Of a DNA stretch of 64,000 bases, positions 1 to 8,644 are shown one piece after another (the first letter of the stretch is position 1; the number at the start of each line of letters is the position of its first letter). The position numbers and the translations under genes were made by a program. The DNA comes from Candidatus Woesebacteria bacterium (GTDB lineage: Bacteria; Patescibacteriota; Microgenomatia; UBA1400; PJMF01), in the NCBI GenBank assembly GCA_017999345.1, contig JAGNLY010000001.1, positions 6,884-70,883 of the forward strand, in the 5' to 3' direction. The notes under the pieces were generated by a model. The model saw only the letters and a list, made by a program, of their open reading frames with translations, did no database searches and was not told the origin of the DNA.

Positions 1-408
1 GTTTATCATCCAGGTTCAGAAAAAAGTTCTGACAACTTGCTTTTGGAAACACAACTTCAAGCAATTAGTGAGCTTTCAAACAACTGTGACTTAATAGGTC
101 TTGAATTTTTAGGTGATTCTTTGTCAGCAGTTACAATTACAGCCGCCCTTGATATTCCTTGGGTTTATAACGCAAGAGAAATTGGATATGAAGAATTTAA
201 AAATAATTTAAGAATTTGTATTGAGAGTGGAGCTATGGGATTTATGGCAGGCGATCCTTTTTGGTCTGGAGAATATACCAAGAAAATGTTATCTTCCTAT
301 AAAGACCAAGAAGCAATCAAAGATTACATCAAAACTAGCATTAGAGACAAAGTTATAGAGGCTAATAGAATAACTAGTGAAATTAATGCTCAAGGAGGAG
401 GTAATTAA
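1..408 (+). CDS. C-terminal part of a class I aldolase-like protein (LacD/tagatose-bisphosphate aldolase-like); 5' end lies outside the window
   Basis: The frame is open from nt 1 (VYHPGSEKSS...) to the stop at 406-408. PWVY...GAMGFMAGDPFWSG resembles the LacD-type P-F-I-Y...GVLCGRATWSG tail. This is motif recall only. Confidence 0.35.
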   Translation, partial: VYHPGSEKSSDNLLLETQLQAISELSNNCDLIGLEFLGDSLSAVTITAALDIPWVYNAREIGYEEFKNNLRICIESGAMGFMAGDPFWSGEYTKKMLSSYKDQEAIKDYIKTSIRDKVIEANRITSEINAQGGGN

Positions 409-409
409 T

Positions 410-700
410 ATGAACAAAATGCTTAAGGAATTGTGTATATTTGTTTTTTCTGTCGTTGAAGTATCGTTGGTTTTTAGATTTGTTTTGAAGTTATTTGGTG
501 CAAGCTCTGAGGCAGGATTTGTAAATTTTATTTATGAAAATACCACGCCACTTTTGTCACCATTCTTATTGGCATTTCCACATCCAAGTGTGAATGGCAA
601 GTTTGTTTTAGAATTTACAACTTTATTCGCAATTTTTGTTTATGCGTTTGTAAGTTATTTAATTCAAGAAGTTTTAGATTTTATCATTAGTAAAAAATAA
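410..700 (+). CDS. YggT-family small membrane protein
   Basis: GGAGGAGG lies 6 nt upstream of ATG 410, so the track start at 377 is an extension. The protein has two hydrophobic helices and an IYENTTPLLSPF segment like the YggT T-x-P-l-l-x-P motif. Confidence 0.5.
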   Translation: MNKMLKELCIFVFSVVEVSLVFRFVLKLFGASSEAGFVNFIYENTTPLLSPFLLAFPHPSVNGKFVLEFTTLFAIFVYAFVSYLIQEVLDFIISKK

Positions 701-718
701 CGTTTGAGGAAAAATAAT

Positions 719-1330
719 ATGTTTACATTACCAAAACTTAACTATGAATATGATGCTTTGGAGCCATATATCGATGCTAGAACTATGGAAATCCATTACA
801 CAAAACATCATCAAGCTTATACAGACAAGCTTAATGCTGCTTTAGAAGGTCAGGAAAATTTACTGGGCAAAACTATAGAAGAATTACTTTCAAATCTTGA
901 AGCAATTCCAGAATCAATCAGACCGGCGGTGATCAATAATGGCGGTGGTTTTTATAATCACACATTATTTTGGGCAATGCTTTCACCAAATGGTGGCGAA
1001 GCACCTACTGGCAAACTTAAGGATGAAATTAATGCAAAGTTTGGAACATTAGAAGATTTTAAAACTGAGTTTGGAAATGCTGCAACAACAAGATTTGGTT
1101 CTGGTTGGGCATGGCTTGTCGTTGACAGTGCAGGTGCCTTAGAAGTGATGTCGACAGCCAATCAAGATTCTCCAATTTCAGTGGGTAAAACACCAATTTT
1201 GGGCTTAGACGTTTGGGAGCATGCATATTATCTGAATTACCAGAATAGAAGACCAGATTATATAACAGCATTCTGGAATGTAGTTAATTGGGCTGAGGTT
1301 GAGAAACGTTACTCAGAAGTGGTAAGCTGA
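719..1330 (+). CDS. sodA: Fe/Mn superoxide dismutase
   Basis: [31 protein letters not shown] and [18 protein letters not shown] are the Fe/Mn-SOD signatures. GAGGA precedes ATG 719; the track start at 704 is a TTG extension. Confidence 0.95.
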   Translation: MFTLPKLNYEYDALEPYIDARTMEIHYTKHHQAYTDKLNAALEGQENLLGKTIEELLSNLEAIPESIRPAVINNGGGFYNHTLFWAMLSPNGGEAPTGKLKDEINAKFGTLEDFKTEFGNAATTRFGSGWAWLVVDSAGALEVMSTANQDSPISVGKTPILGLDVWEHAYYLNYQNRRPDYITAFWNVVNWAEVEKRYSEVVS

Positions 1331-1406
1331 AATTCAGTATAAGATTTTAAATTAATTTTCTATTTAAATAGATCGATAATTTAGTGTTAAAAATGAATAT
1401 AATTTT

Positions 1407-1991
1407 ATGTTGCAAGTAATTTTAGATGTAGAAACAAAAAAAACTTTCGATGAAGTCGGTGGTTTTTTCCCTGACAGATTAGGAATTTCTTTTGTTGGTG
1501 TTTGTGTTCGCGAAAGTATGTCTGGCAAGGGAGAAATGCAAAGCTATTGGGAAAAAGATTTGCCAAAATTATTTCCGCTTCTTGAAAAAGCAGATGTCAT
1601 CATTGGTTTTAATGTAGATAATTTTGATATGCAAACTTTTGTTCCATATTACAATGCCGATATTACAAAAATACCAACGCTAGATGTTTTAACAAGAATA
1701 AAAAATAGTGCTGGCCACAGAATTAGTCTTGATGCAGTTGCGCAGGAAACATTAGGAATTGGCAAAAGTGGCGATGGTTTGGATGCTATTAAATATTACA
1801 ATACCAAACAGTGGGACAAACTTGAAAAATATTGTTTGCAAGATGTAGCAGTCACTCGTGATGTTTATGATTATGGACTTCAAAAAGGTCTTGTGAAGTT
1901 TAAAAATAAATGGAATAGATTGGTTGAATGTCCTGTTGATTTTAGTTTTACACCAAAAAAAGATGATGGTTTGCAGATGAGCCTCATTTAG
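1407..1991 (+). CDS. DEDD-type 3'-5' exonuclease (RNase H-like fold)
   Basis: Exo motifs occur in the expected order: LDVETKKT (DxE), GFNVDNFDM (NxxxFD) and YCLQDVAVTRDVY (YxxxD). Confidence 0.6.
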   Translation: MLQVILDVETKKTFDEVGGFFPDRLGISFVGVCVRESMSGKGEMQSYWEKDLPKLFPLLEKADVIIGFNVDNFDMQTFVPYYNADITKIPTLDVLTRIKNSAGHRISLDAVAQETLGIGKSGDGLDAIKYYNTKQWDKLEKYCLQDVAVTRDVYDYGLQKGLVKFKNKWNRLVECPVDFSFTPKKDDGLQMSLI

Positions 1992-2043
1992 TATCTTAAA
2001 AACTCTCTGCTAAGCAAAGCTTAGATGTTCGTTTTTAAGATAC
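1991..2043 (+). repeat. Palindromic intergenic element, copy E1 (apical hairpin CTAAGC/GCTTAG)
   Basis: GTATCTTAAAAAC-TCTCTG-CTAAGCaaaGCTTAG-ATGTTC-GTTTTTAAGATAC. The 13-bp outer stem is perfect. The element starts at the stop codon of the upstream gene. Confidence 0.8.
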
Positions 2044-2061
2044 TAAATACAATCTTTTATC

Positions 2062-2108
2062 TATTAAACTCTCGCAAACTTCGTTTGAATGTTCGCTTTT
2101 TTAAATAT
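2062..2108 (+). repeat. Palindromic intergenic element, copy E2 (apical hairpin AAAC/GTTT)
   Basis: The core TCTCGC-AAACttcGTTT-GAATGTTC-GCTTTTTT is nearly identical to the reverse complement of the copy at 6329-6380. Confidence 0.75.
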
Positions 2109-2185
2109 GAAAAATTGTATTATAAATTCTCTAACTTGATATTAAATAAAATTGTTAATCAAAGATTTGTGGGTATAATAAAAAT

Positions 2186-2719
2186 ATGTCCGACTTACAA
2201 AAATTTTCCGCTAAAATTTGTCATACAGCAACCGGTATGTTGATAGTCGATGGCAAAGTGCTTTTAGTTAAACATAAAAAGTTAGGTTTTTGGCTAAACC
2301 CTGGTGGACATATTGAGGCTGATGAACTTCCACATATAGCTGTAGAACGTGAATTCTGGGAAGAGACTGGGATTAAAGTAAAAGCATATAATTTTCAAGA
2401 ATTAATGGAATCAAGTACTTCGGAATATGTCCCTTTGCCAATCTTGACCAGCTTGCATTGGATAAATAAAGAAAGTTATGAAAAGCGTCTTTCCAGTAGT
2501 GATAAGACTAAAAGGGTTGTGACTGAAAAGTGGCCACTGGGCTGTGAGCAACATTTTAATTATATGTTTTTAGTGAGGCCAGTCAAAGATATTGAATTCA
2601 GACAAAATACTGAAGAATCTGATGGTATTTCATGGTTTTCACTTGAGGATTTGGATAATTTGGATACAATTGAAGATATCAGGAACGAAATTAAATTAGG
2701 ATTTAAACTACTGCGATAG
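2186..2719 (+). CDS. NUDIX hydrolase
   Basis: The Nudix box GGHIEADELPHIAVEREFWEETGI matches Gx5Ex7REUxEExGU. Confidence 0.8.
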   Translation: MSDLQKFSAKICHTATGMLIVDGKVLLVKHKKLGFWLNPGGHIEADELPHIAVEREFWEETGIKVKAYNFQELMESSTSEYVPLPILTSLHWINKESYEKRLSSSDKTKRVVTEKWPLGCEQHFNYMFLVRPVKDIEFRQNTEESDGISWFSLEDLDNLDTIEDIRNEIKLGFKLLR

Positions 2720-2820
2720 AATTTTTCTAAATAAGAAACAATATGGGCGAAGAAACAGCAAGTAACGATGTATTTGATCCAATGAAGCTAACTGGTTGTG
2801 CTTAAACTTTATATTTCATC

Positions 2821-2994
2821 ATGTATAAAGATCTTTTTGCTGAAGCTAACATGGTAAAAAACATGTTTCCAAATGTCAAAGCTCCTCTTTCGGCAGCTCA
2901 GCAAGAATTAATGAGAATTAATAAACTTGACGCATATGATCAAAAAACTATCGATATAATTCTAAAACTTCAGCAAGCAATGAAGACTTCATGA
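2821..2994 (+). CDS. Possible 57-aa small protein (below the track size cutoff)
   Basis: ATG...TGA reads MYKDLFAEANMVKNMFPNVKAPLSAAQQELMRINKLDAYDQKTIDIILKLQQAMKTS. The sequence looks helical and protein-like, but no Shine-Dalgarno site is present. Confidence 0.3.
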   Translation: MYKDLFAEANMVKNMFPNVKAPLSAAQQELMRINKLDAYDQKTIDIILKLQQAMKTS

Positions 2995-3006
2995 TATTTG
3001 ATTTAG

Positions 3007-3035
3007 TTAGTCTAAATGATAATTCATGTTAGAAT
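3007..3035 (+). promoter_or_regulatory. Candidate sigma70-type promoter of the suf operon
   Basis: TTAGTC, a 17-nt spacer, then TAGAAT, about 28 nt upstream of the AAGGA ribosome-binding site and ATG 3063. Confidence 0.3.
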
Positions 3036-3062
3036 AGTTCCTCAACACTAAGGATTATTCAA

Positions 3063-3830
3063 ATGTCAAAAAATAGCTTCAGATTATCAAACCTAAAAGT
3101 TTCTATTGATGGAAAATCAATTCTTCGTGGAGTGGATTTGGAAGTAAAGGCTGGAGAAGTTCACGCTATCATGGGTCCAAATGGTTCTGGAAAATCAACT
3201 TTAGCCAATACTTTGGCAGGTCATCCAAGTTACCAGGTTGAAAGCGGAAGTGTTGTAATAAGTTCGCAAAAAACCCAAGAAAATATTTTAGACATGTCTC
3301 CAGACGAAAGAGCTAACCTTGGAGTTTTTCTAGCATTCCAGTACCCGGTGGAGGTCCCAGGAGTAAGAGTTCAAAATTTTCTTAAATTAGCTTACGAAGC
3401 TAGATTCAAAAATCAGCCAGAGCGACAATTCAAAAAAGCAATTGATTTTAGAAAGCATTTGCAAAATTTAGCAGAAGAATTAAAAATTAATAAAGATTTT
3501 TTGAGTCGCGGTCTTAATGAAGGTTTTAGTGGTGGCGAAAAGAAACAACTTGAAATTTTACAAATGGCTTTGCTTGAACCTAAATTTGCAATTTTAGATG
3601 AAACAGATTCTGGATTAGATATTGATGCAATTAAAAAAGTTGCCAATGGAGTTGTTGAAATTATCAAAAAACACAACACCGGCGTGATAGTAATCACACA
3701 TTATCAGCGAATTTTGGATTATCTTAAACCAGATTTTGTCCACGTTATGGTAAACGGCAAAATTGTGGAAACGGGTGATGCAACTTTAGTAGATAAGTTA
3801 GAGAAGAAAGGTTACGCTGATCTTAACTAA
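3063..3830 (+). CDS. sufC: Fe-S cluster assembly ATPase SufC
   Basis: Walker A GPNGSGKST, signature FSGGEKK and Walker B ILDETDSGLD. The length and the neighbouring sufB/D/S/U genes fit SufC. Confidence 0.95.
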   Translation: MSKNSFRLSNLKVSIDGKSILRGVDLEVKAGEVHAIMGPNGSGKSTLANTLAGHPSYQVESGSVVISSQKTQENILDMSPDERANLGVFLAFQYPVEVPGVRVQNFLKLAYEARFKNQPERQFKKAIDFRKHLQNLAEELKINKDFLSRGLNEGFSGGEKKQLEILQMALLEPKFAILDETDSGLDIDAIKKVANGVVEIIKKHNTGVIVITHYQRILDYLKPDFVHVMVNGKIVETGDATLVDKLEKKGYADLN

Positions 3831-3835
3831 ATAAA

Positions 3836-3893
3836 TTAATATTCAAAAGCTCTCGCAGGCAGTTCGCCTGAATGTTCGCTTTTTAAATATTAA
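3836..3893 (+). repeat. Palindromic intergenic element, copy E3 (apical hairpin AGGC/GCCT)
   Basis: TTAATATTCAAAAGC-TCTCGC-AGGCagttcGCCT-GAATGTTC-GCTTTTTAAATATTAA, directly after the sufC stop. The core is identical to the copy at 42754-42816. Confidence 0.8.
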
Positions 3894-3923
3894 TTTAATT
3901 TATTTAAACAATAATATATTTTT

Positions 3924-4406
3924 ATGAAAAAAGCTGACCACCAACTCACAAATAACGTCAAATTACTTCAAAAAGTTGTGCTAATTCATAACAATAAATT
4001 TTTGATTATGCGCAGATCAGAATCATCTCATTCAAGACCACTCGCTTGGGATTTGCCAGGAGGTAATTCTGAATGGCCAGAAACTCTTGATAACAAAGAG
4101 AACATGCATAAAAATGATGCTGTGAGAGAAATTTTTGAAGAAACTGGAATACAGTTGGACTCAGAAAAAATTATCATAGAAAATTTAGTTGATTTCAGAA
4201 CCTTTTTTGATGCAGAAAATCAAGTTTACAGTGTAATCGTTGGTTGGAAGATTAATTTAGATGAAAATTTTGATGAAGAATCAGTTGAAATTAGCGATGA
4301 GCATATTAATTTTAAATGGATCACGATTGAAGAAATTGATAACTTTGATTTTGGCGGTAACAAAGGTGAGTTTGTGAAAGAAATTATAAAAAAATCAGTA
4401 TCATAA
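3924..4406 (+). CDS. NUDIX hydrolase
   Basis: The Nudix box is spread as GGNSEW...NDAVREIFEETGIQ. The gene is embedded in the suf operon. Confidence 0.7.
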   Translation: MKKADHQLTNNVKLLQKVVLIHNNKFLIMRRSESSHSRPLAWDLPGGNSEWPETLDNKENMHKNDAVREIFEETGIQLDSEKIIIENLVDFRTFFDAENQVYSVIVGWKINLDENFDEESVEISDEHINFKWITIEEIDNFDFGGNKGEFVKEIIKKSVS

Positions 4407-4436
4407 TTTAAAGATATCATTAAAAAGGTACAGATT

Positions 4437-4781
4437 ATGAATGGTCTCGACAATGAAAACACACTAATGAAAAGCATAGTATCAGAAGCATTAGCGAAGC
4501 TTCTCTTGGTTTCATCAGAAAAGCCAGACAGAATTTTAAACAGTACTGATGGAAAATCTAAATGGAGACGTGGGTGGTTTGCATCAGTGCTTGGTTACAT
4601 TGATATGTTGGGAATAGATTACTTTCAAAAGGATGAAAAATTGGAAATAAGAATTTCTGAATCTAGGAAAAGCTGGACTTCTGGAGAAATGAGACAAAGA
4701 GCATTAGTATTGCAAAGTGATATTGATCAAGCAGATACGTTAATAAATGATATTTTAAACTATATAAATAATGACAAATAA
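4437..4781 (+). CDS. Hypothetical protein (114 aa) inside the suf operon
   Basis: An intact ORF packed between the NUDIX gene and sufB. It has no cysteines and no motif I recognise. Confidence 0.5.
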   Translation: MNGLDNENTLMKSIVSEALAKLLLVSSEKPDRILNSTDGKSKWRRGWFASVLGYIDMLGIDYFQKDEKLEIRISESRKSWTSGEMRQRALVLQSDIDQADTLINDILNYINNDK

Positions 4782-4786
4782 ATTTG

Positions 4787-6214
4787 ATGGCAAGATTTAC
4801 TAATAAGAAAACCAAAAATTTTGAAACAAGTGCTTCAGATTCTTATGAGCACGGTTTTTCCTATTCTACTGATGATTATAAATTTATTTCAAAACCTGGA
4901 ATTAATGAAGGTGTTGTTAAGGAAATTTCTGGAATTAAAAATGAACCAGAATGGATGCTTAAATTACGTTTAGAAGCTCTAAAAGCTTTTCAAGTGAAAC
5001 AAACTCCAATTTGGGGCGCAGATTTATCTTCAATTGATTACGATAAAATTCATTATTATTTAAGACCATCTGATAAACAAGAAAAATCTTGGGATGATGT
5101 GCCACCAGAAATTAAGGCCACTTTTGAAAAATTAGGAATTCCTGAGGCTGAACGTGAGGCTTTGGCAGGAGTTAAAGCCCAATATGATAGTGAAGTTGTT
5201 TATGGCTCACTAAAAGATATTTGGTCAAAAGATGGCGTGGTTTTCCTTTCAATGGACGAAGGACTCGCTCAATATCCAGATTTAGTAAAAGAATATTTCA
5301 ATAGAGTTATTCCTTATGGAGATAATAAATTTTCAGCTTTAAATACAGCAGCTTGGTCAGGTGGTTCATTTGTTTATATTCCAAAAGGGGTTCATGTACA
5401 AATGCCATTACAGACTTATTTTAGAATTAATTCTCCAAATGCTGGTCAGTTTGAAAGAACTTTAATTATTGTTGATGAAGGCGCAAGTGTTCACTACGTT
5501 GAAGGTTGTACTGCTCCAAGTTTTTCAAGTGGTTCGTTACATGCGGCGGTTGTAGAAATTTATGTTAAAAAAGGCGCAAGGTGTCAGTACACGACGGTCC
5601 AAAATTGGTACAAAAATGTTTATAACTTAGTCACCAAAAGAGCTCATGTTGAAGAAGAAGGTGAGATGGTTTGGACAGATTTTAATATGGGTTCAAAAGT
5701 AACCATGAAATACCCAGGTTTTATTTTGGCTGGAAAAGGTGCAAGAGGCGAGGTTTTGTCTATGGCTTTAGCTGGCGCAGGCCAACATCAAGACACAGGA
5801 ACTAAATCAATTCATTTAGCCCCATACACAAGCTCATCAGTTGTTTCTAAATCAATTAGCAAAAGTGGCGGTAGAACCAGTTATCGTGGTTTAGTTAATG
5901 TTGGTCCACATGCACATCATTCAAAAAATACAGTGATTTGTGACGCTTTGCTTTTGGATGGAATTTCTCGTTCTGACACTTATCCGACAGATAAAATTTT
6001 TAACTCAAATGTGGAAGTTCAGCACGAAGCCACTGTCTCTAAAATTGGTGATGACCAATTATTTTATTTAATGAGTAGAGGTGTGACTGAGGAACAAGCT
6101 CGTAAAATGATTGTGAATGGATTTATTGATGATTTGATTCGTAAATTGCCAATGGAGTATGCAGTAGAAATGAATAGGTTAATTGATCATGAGATGGAGG
6201 GCTCAATTGGTTAG
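4787..6214 (+). CDS. sufB: Fe-S cluster assembly scaffold SufB
   Basis: Typical SufB blocks: GGSFVYIPKGV, VHYVEGCTAP, TKRAHVEEEGEMVWTD and HEATVSKIGDDQLFYLMSRG. ATG 4787 follows the track's TTG at 4784. Confidence 0.95.
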   Translation: MARFTNKKTKNFETSASDSYEHGFSYSTDDYKFISKPGINEGVVKEISGIKNEPEWMLKLRLEALKAFQVKQTPIWGADLSSIDYDKIHYYLRPSDKQEKSWDDVPPEIKATFEKLGIPEAEREALAGVKAQYDSEVVYGSLKDIWSKDGVVFLSMDEGLAQYPDLVKEYFNRVIPYGDNKFSALNTAAWSGGSFVYIPKGVHVQMPLQTYFRINSPNAGQFERTLIIVDEGASVHYVEGCTAPSFSSGSLHAAVVEIYVKKGARCQYTTVQNWYKNVYNLVTKRAHVEEEGEMVWTDFNMGSKVTMKYPGFILAGKGARGEVLSMALAGAGQHQDTGTKSIHLAPYTSSSVVSKSISKSGGRTSYRGLVNVGPHAHHSKNTVICDALLLDGISRSDTYPTDKIFNSNVEVQHEATVSKIGDDQLFYLMSRGVTEEQARKMIVNGFIDDLIRKLPMEYAVEMNRLIDHEMEGSIG

Positions 6215-6225
6215 TTGTTTAACTT

Positions 6226-6290
6226 AATAAATATTTTAAAAAACTCTCTGCTAAGCAAAGCTTAGATGTTCGTTTTTTCAAATATTTATT
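6226..6290 (+). repeat. Palindromic intergenic element, copy E4 (apical hairpin CTAAGC/GCTTAG)
   Basis: AATAAATATTTTAAAAAAC-TCTCTG-CTAAGCaaaGCTTAG-ATGTTC-GTTTTTTCAAATATTTATT. The 19-bp outer stem has one mismatch. The core is identical to E1. Confidence 0.8.
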
Positions 6291-6328
6291 TATACTAAAC
6301 AAAAATCAATTAAAAGATAACATTAAGT

Positions 6329-6380
6329 AAATATATAAAAACGAACATTCAAACGAAGTTTGCGAGAGTTTTTATTAATT
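6329..6380 (-). repeat. Palindromic intergenic element, copy E5 (inverted; apical hairpin AAAC/GTTT)
   Basis: AAAAACGAACATTCAAACGAAGTTTGCGAGAGTTTTT is the reverse complement of the E2 core. A partial CGAGAGAGTTTTT follows at about 6397-6409. Confidence 0.75.
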
Positions 6381-6440
6381 TACTCAAAATAACGATCGAG
6401 AGAGTTTTTCAAATTTATTAAATAAATACTTACGAATAAT

Positions 6441-6935
6441 ATGACAAAGTACACAATTAACAAAGACGAAAAAAAGGATATCTCAATCAAAGAATCTGGA
6501 GAGTATATCGTCGAGCTCGTCGGTCAAGGAGCGCAAGCTGAAATATTCGGCAATTTTTTGAGCGAAAATAATGAAAAGATTGACGTCAAAATTACCATCA
6601 TTCACAAAGCTAAAAACACAATGGCAAACACAACTTTGAGAGGTGTTGGTAGAGATAAATCGACAATTAAATTTTTTGGAAAAATTATCATTGAGGAAAA
6701 TTGTGGCCAAAGTAATTCGTTCCTAACAGAAAGAGTTTTGTTACTTTCTGACGATGCAAAAGCGGAAACCATTCCAGAATTAGAGATTCTTACCGATGAT
6801 GTTAAATGCTCTCACGCAGCAAGTATTAGTAGAATTCCCGAACTACAATTGTTTTATTTAGAATCAAGAGGGATTTCAAAACATGATGCAGAAAATTTAA
6901 TAATCGACGGTTTTCTCCAACCTAAAAAAAGTTAA
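6441..6935 (+). CDS. sufD: Short SufD-like protein (C-terminal SufBD domain only)
   Basis: LSDDAKAETIPELEILTDDVKCSHAASISRIPELQLFYLESRGIS matches the SufB/SufD C-terminal block. It is only 164 aa and sits between sufB and sufS. Confidence 0.7.
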   Translation: MTKYTINKDEKKDISIKESGEYIVELVGQGAQAEIFGNFLSENNEKIDVKITIIHKAKNTMANTTLRGVGRDKSTIKFFGKIIIEENCGQSNSFLTERVLLLSDDAKAETIPELEILTDDVKCSHAASISRIPELQLFYLESRGISKHDAENLIIDGFLQPKKS

Positions 6936-6975
6936 TTTCAGCCTTAATTTTCTTATCGATGTTATAATAGCCTCC

Positions 6976-8217
6976 ATGTTAAATACAGATAATATCAAGC
7001 GAAACTTCCCAATTTTATCAAGAGAAATAAATGGTAAAAAATTGGTTTATTTGGATAATGCTGCCACCAGTCAAAAACCATTTTCTGTTGTGGAAGCTAT
7101 TTCTAGTTATTATCTAAATAATAATGCAAATGTTCACAGAGGCGTGCATACGCTTTCTGATGAAAGCACCACAATTTTTGAAGATTCTAAAAAGGAAATT
7201 GCTGAATTTTTTGGAGCCAAAAATTCTGAATTAATTCTCGTGAGGAATACTACTGAAGCAATTAATGGTGTTGCTTATGGCTGGGGAGATCACAATATTA
7301 TTGAGGGTGATGTGATAATTACGTCAATTTTAGATCACCATTCAAATATTGTTGTTTGGCAAGAACTTTGTAAACGTAAAAATGCCAATTTAATTTTTAT
7401 TGGTCTAACAAAAGATGGTCAAATTGATCTAAAAGATTTAGATGAAAAAATTAAGCAATTTTCTGAAAAAATTAAACTAATTGCTTTGCCACACGTATCA
7501 AATGCACTTGGAAGTGTTTTAAATATTCGAGATTTAGTTGGCAAAATAAATTCATCTGCAAAATTTGCTAAAATTTTAATTGATGGGGCTCAATCGGCTC
7601 CACACATGAAAATTAATTTTCATAATTTAGGCGTAGATTTTTTTGTTTTTTCTGGACACAAAATGTTAGGGCCAATGGGAATCGGTGGATTATTGGTAAA
7701 GGAAAAAATACTTAAAACTGGAGAAATGGAACCATGGTTATTTGGTGGCGGAATGATTTCTGAAGTTCACCAAACACACACTGAATTTAACGATGATGTT
7801 AATGAGCGATTTGTGGCAGGAACACCTGATGTTGCTTCAACAGTTGGTTTAGCAACAGCATGTAAATATTTAAATAATTTGGGAATGGAAAATGTTTTTA
7901 CTCATGATCAAGAGATGGTTCAGTATGCATTATCCAAATTAGCTGAAAATAAAAAAATTAAAATAGTCGGGCCAATAAATTCAGATAGAGTTGGCTCAGT
8001 GGCATTTCTTTATGAAGGAGCACATGCACACGATGTGGCTCAGGTTTTAAATAGCGATGGCATTGCAGTTCGTTCCGGTCATCATTGCACGATGCCACTT
8101 CACACCTCACAAAATTGGGCAGCTACAACTCGCGTAAGTTTTCAAGTTTATAATTCAAAAGAAGACATAGATTTATTAATTGAAAGTTTGAAAAAGGTTG
8201 AAAAAATATTGGTTTAG
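6976..8217 (+). CDS. sufS: Cysteine desulfurase SufS (class V aminotransferase)
   Basis: YLDNAATSQKP, NANVHRGVH, the PLP-lysine context SGHKMLGPMGIG and the active-site segment RSGHHCTMP. Confidence 0.9.
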   Translation: MLNTDNIKRNFPILSREINGKKLVYLDNAATSQKPFSVVEAISSYYLNNNANVHRGVHTLSDESTTIFEDSKKEIAEFFGAKNSELILVRNTTEAINGVAYGWGDHNIIEGDVIITSILDHHSNIVVWQELCKRKNANLIFIGLTKDGQIDLKDLDEKIKQFSEKIKLIALPHVSNALGSVLNIRDLVGKINSSAKFAKILIDGAQSAPHMKINFHNLGVDFFVFSGHKMLGPMGIGGLLVKEKILKTGEMEPWLFGGGMISEVHQTHTEFNDDVNERFVAGTPDVASTVGLATACKYLNNLGMENVFTHDQEMVQYALSKLAENKKIKIVGPINSDRVGSVAFLYEGAHAHDVAQVLNSDGIAVRSGHHCTMPLHTSQNWAATTRVSFQVYNSKEDIDLLIESLKKVEKILV

Positions 8218-8220
8218 CTT

Positions 8221-8595
8221 ATGACAGATACCTATCATGAAGATTTATTGGATGAAGCTAAAAATCCCAGTAATATTGGTAAAATTGAAAATCCAGATTT
8301 ATTTTCAACTCAATATAATGCCAGTTGTGGTGATGTAATATCTGTGACTATTAGATTGAGTTCAGACAAAAAGAAAATTGAAGATATAAAATGGAAAGGT
8401 CAGGGTTGCATTATTTCTCAAGCATCAATGAGTGTTCTTTCAGAAAAAATTAAAGGTATGGAACTTTCAAAATTGATAGAGATTAATCAAGATGAGATCT
8501 TAAAAGATTTAGGCTTAGAAAACATTACCGTTGGTAGAATAAAATGTTTAAATTTAGGTTTGAGCGCTATCAAAAAGTTAGCAAAAGATATTTAA
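8221..8595 (+). CDS. sufU: SufU/IscU-type Fe-S scaffold (NifU N-terminal domain)
   Basis: NASCGDVISV, GQGCIISQASMS and a C-terminal RIKC supply the three conserved cysteines. The gene is immediately downstream of sufS. Confidence 0.85.
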   Translation: MTDTYHEDLLDEAKNPSNIGKIENPDLFSTQYNASCGDVISVTIRLSSDKKKIEDIKWKGQGCIISQASMSVLSEKIKGMELSKLIEINQDEILKDLGLENITVGRIKCLNLGLSAIKKLAKDI

Positions 8596-8644
8596 GCTTT
8601 ACGATATAAATTTAATTATAAATTTGTTACACTTTAGACCACTT

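Noticed and set aside
958-1271. Antisense or alternative-frame shadow ORFs inside well-supported genes. Examples are 958-1161, 1059-1271, 3413-3697, 14424-14714, 18929-19228, 19559-19831, 32215-32424, 60506-60787 and 61784-62023.
   Set aside because: Each is fully nested in a gene that has strong family motifs on the other strand or frame. None has its own ribosome-binding site, and their compositions are typical of antisense reading.
2025-2243. 72-aa ORF in the track between the exonuclease and NUDIX genes
   Set aside because: It is made almost entirely of palindromic elements E1 and E2 plus AT-rich spacer. It overlaps the NUDIX start and has no ribosome-binding site.
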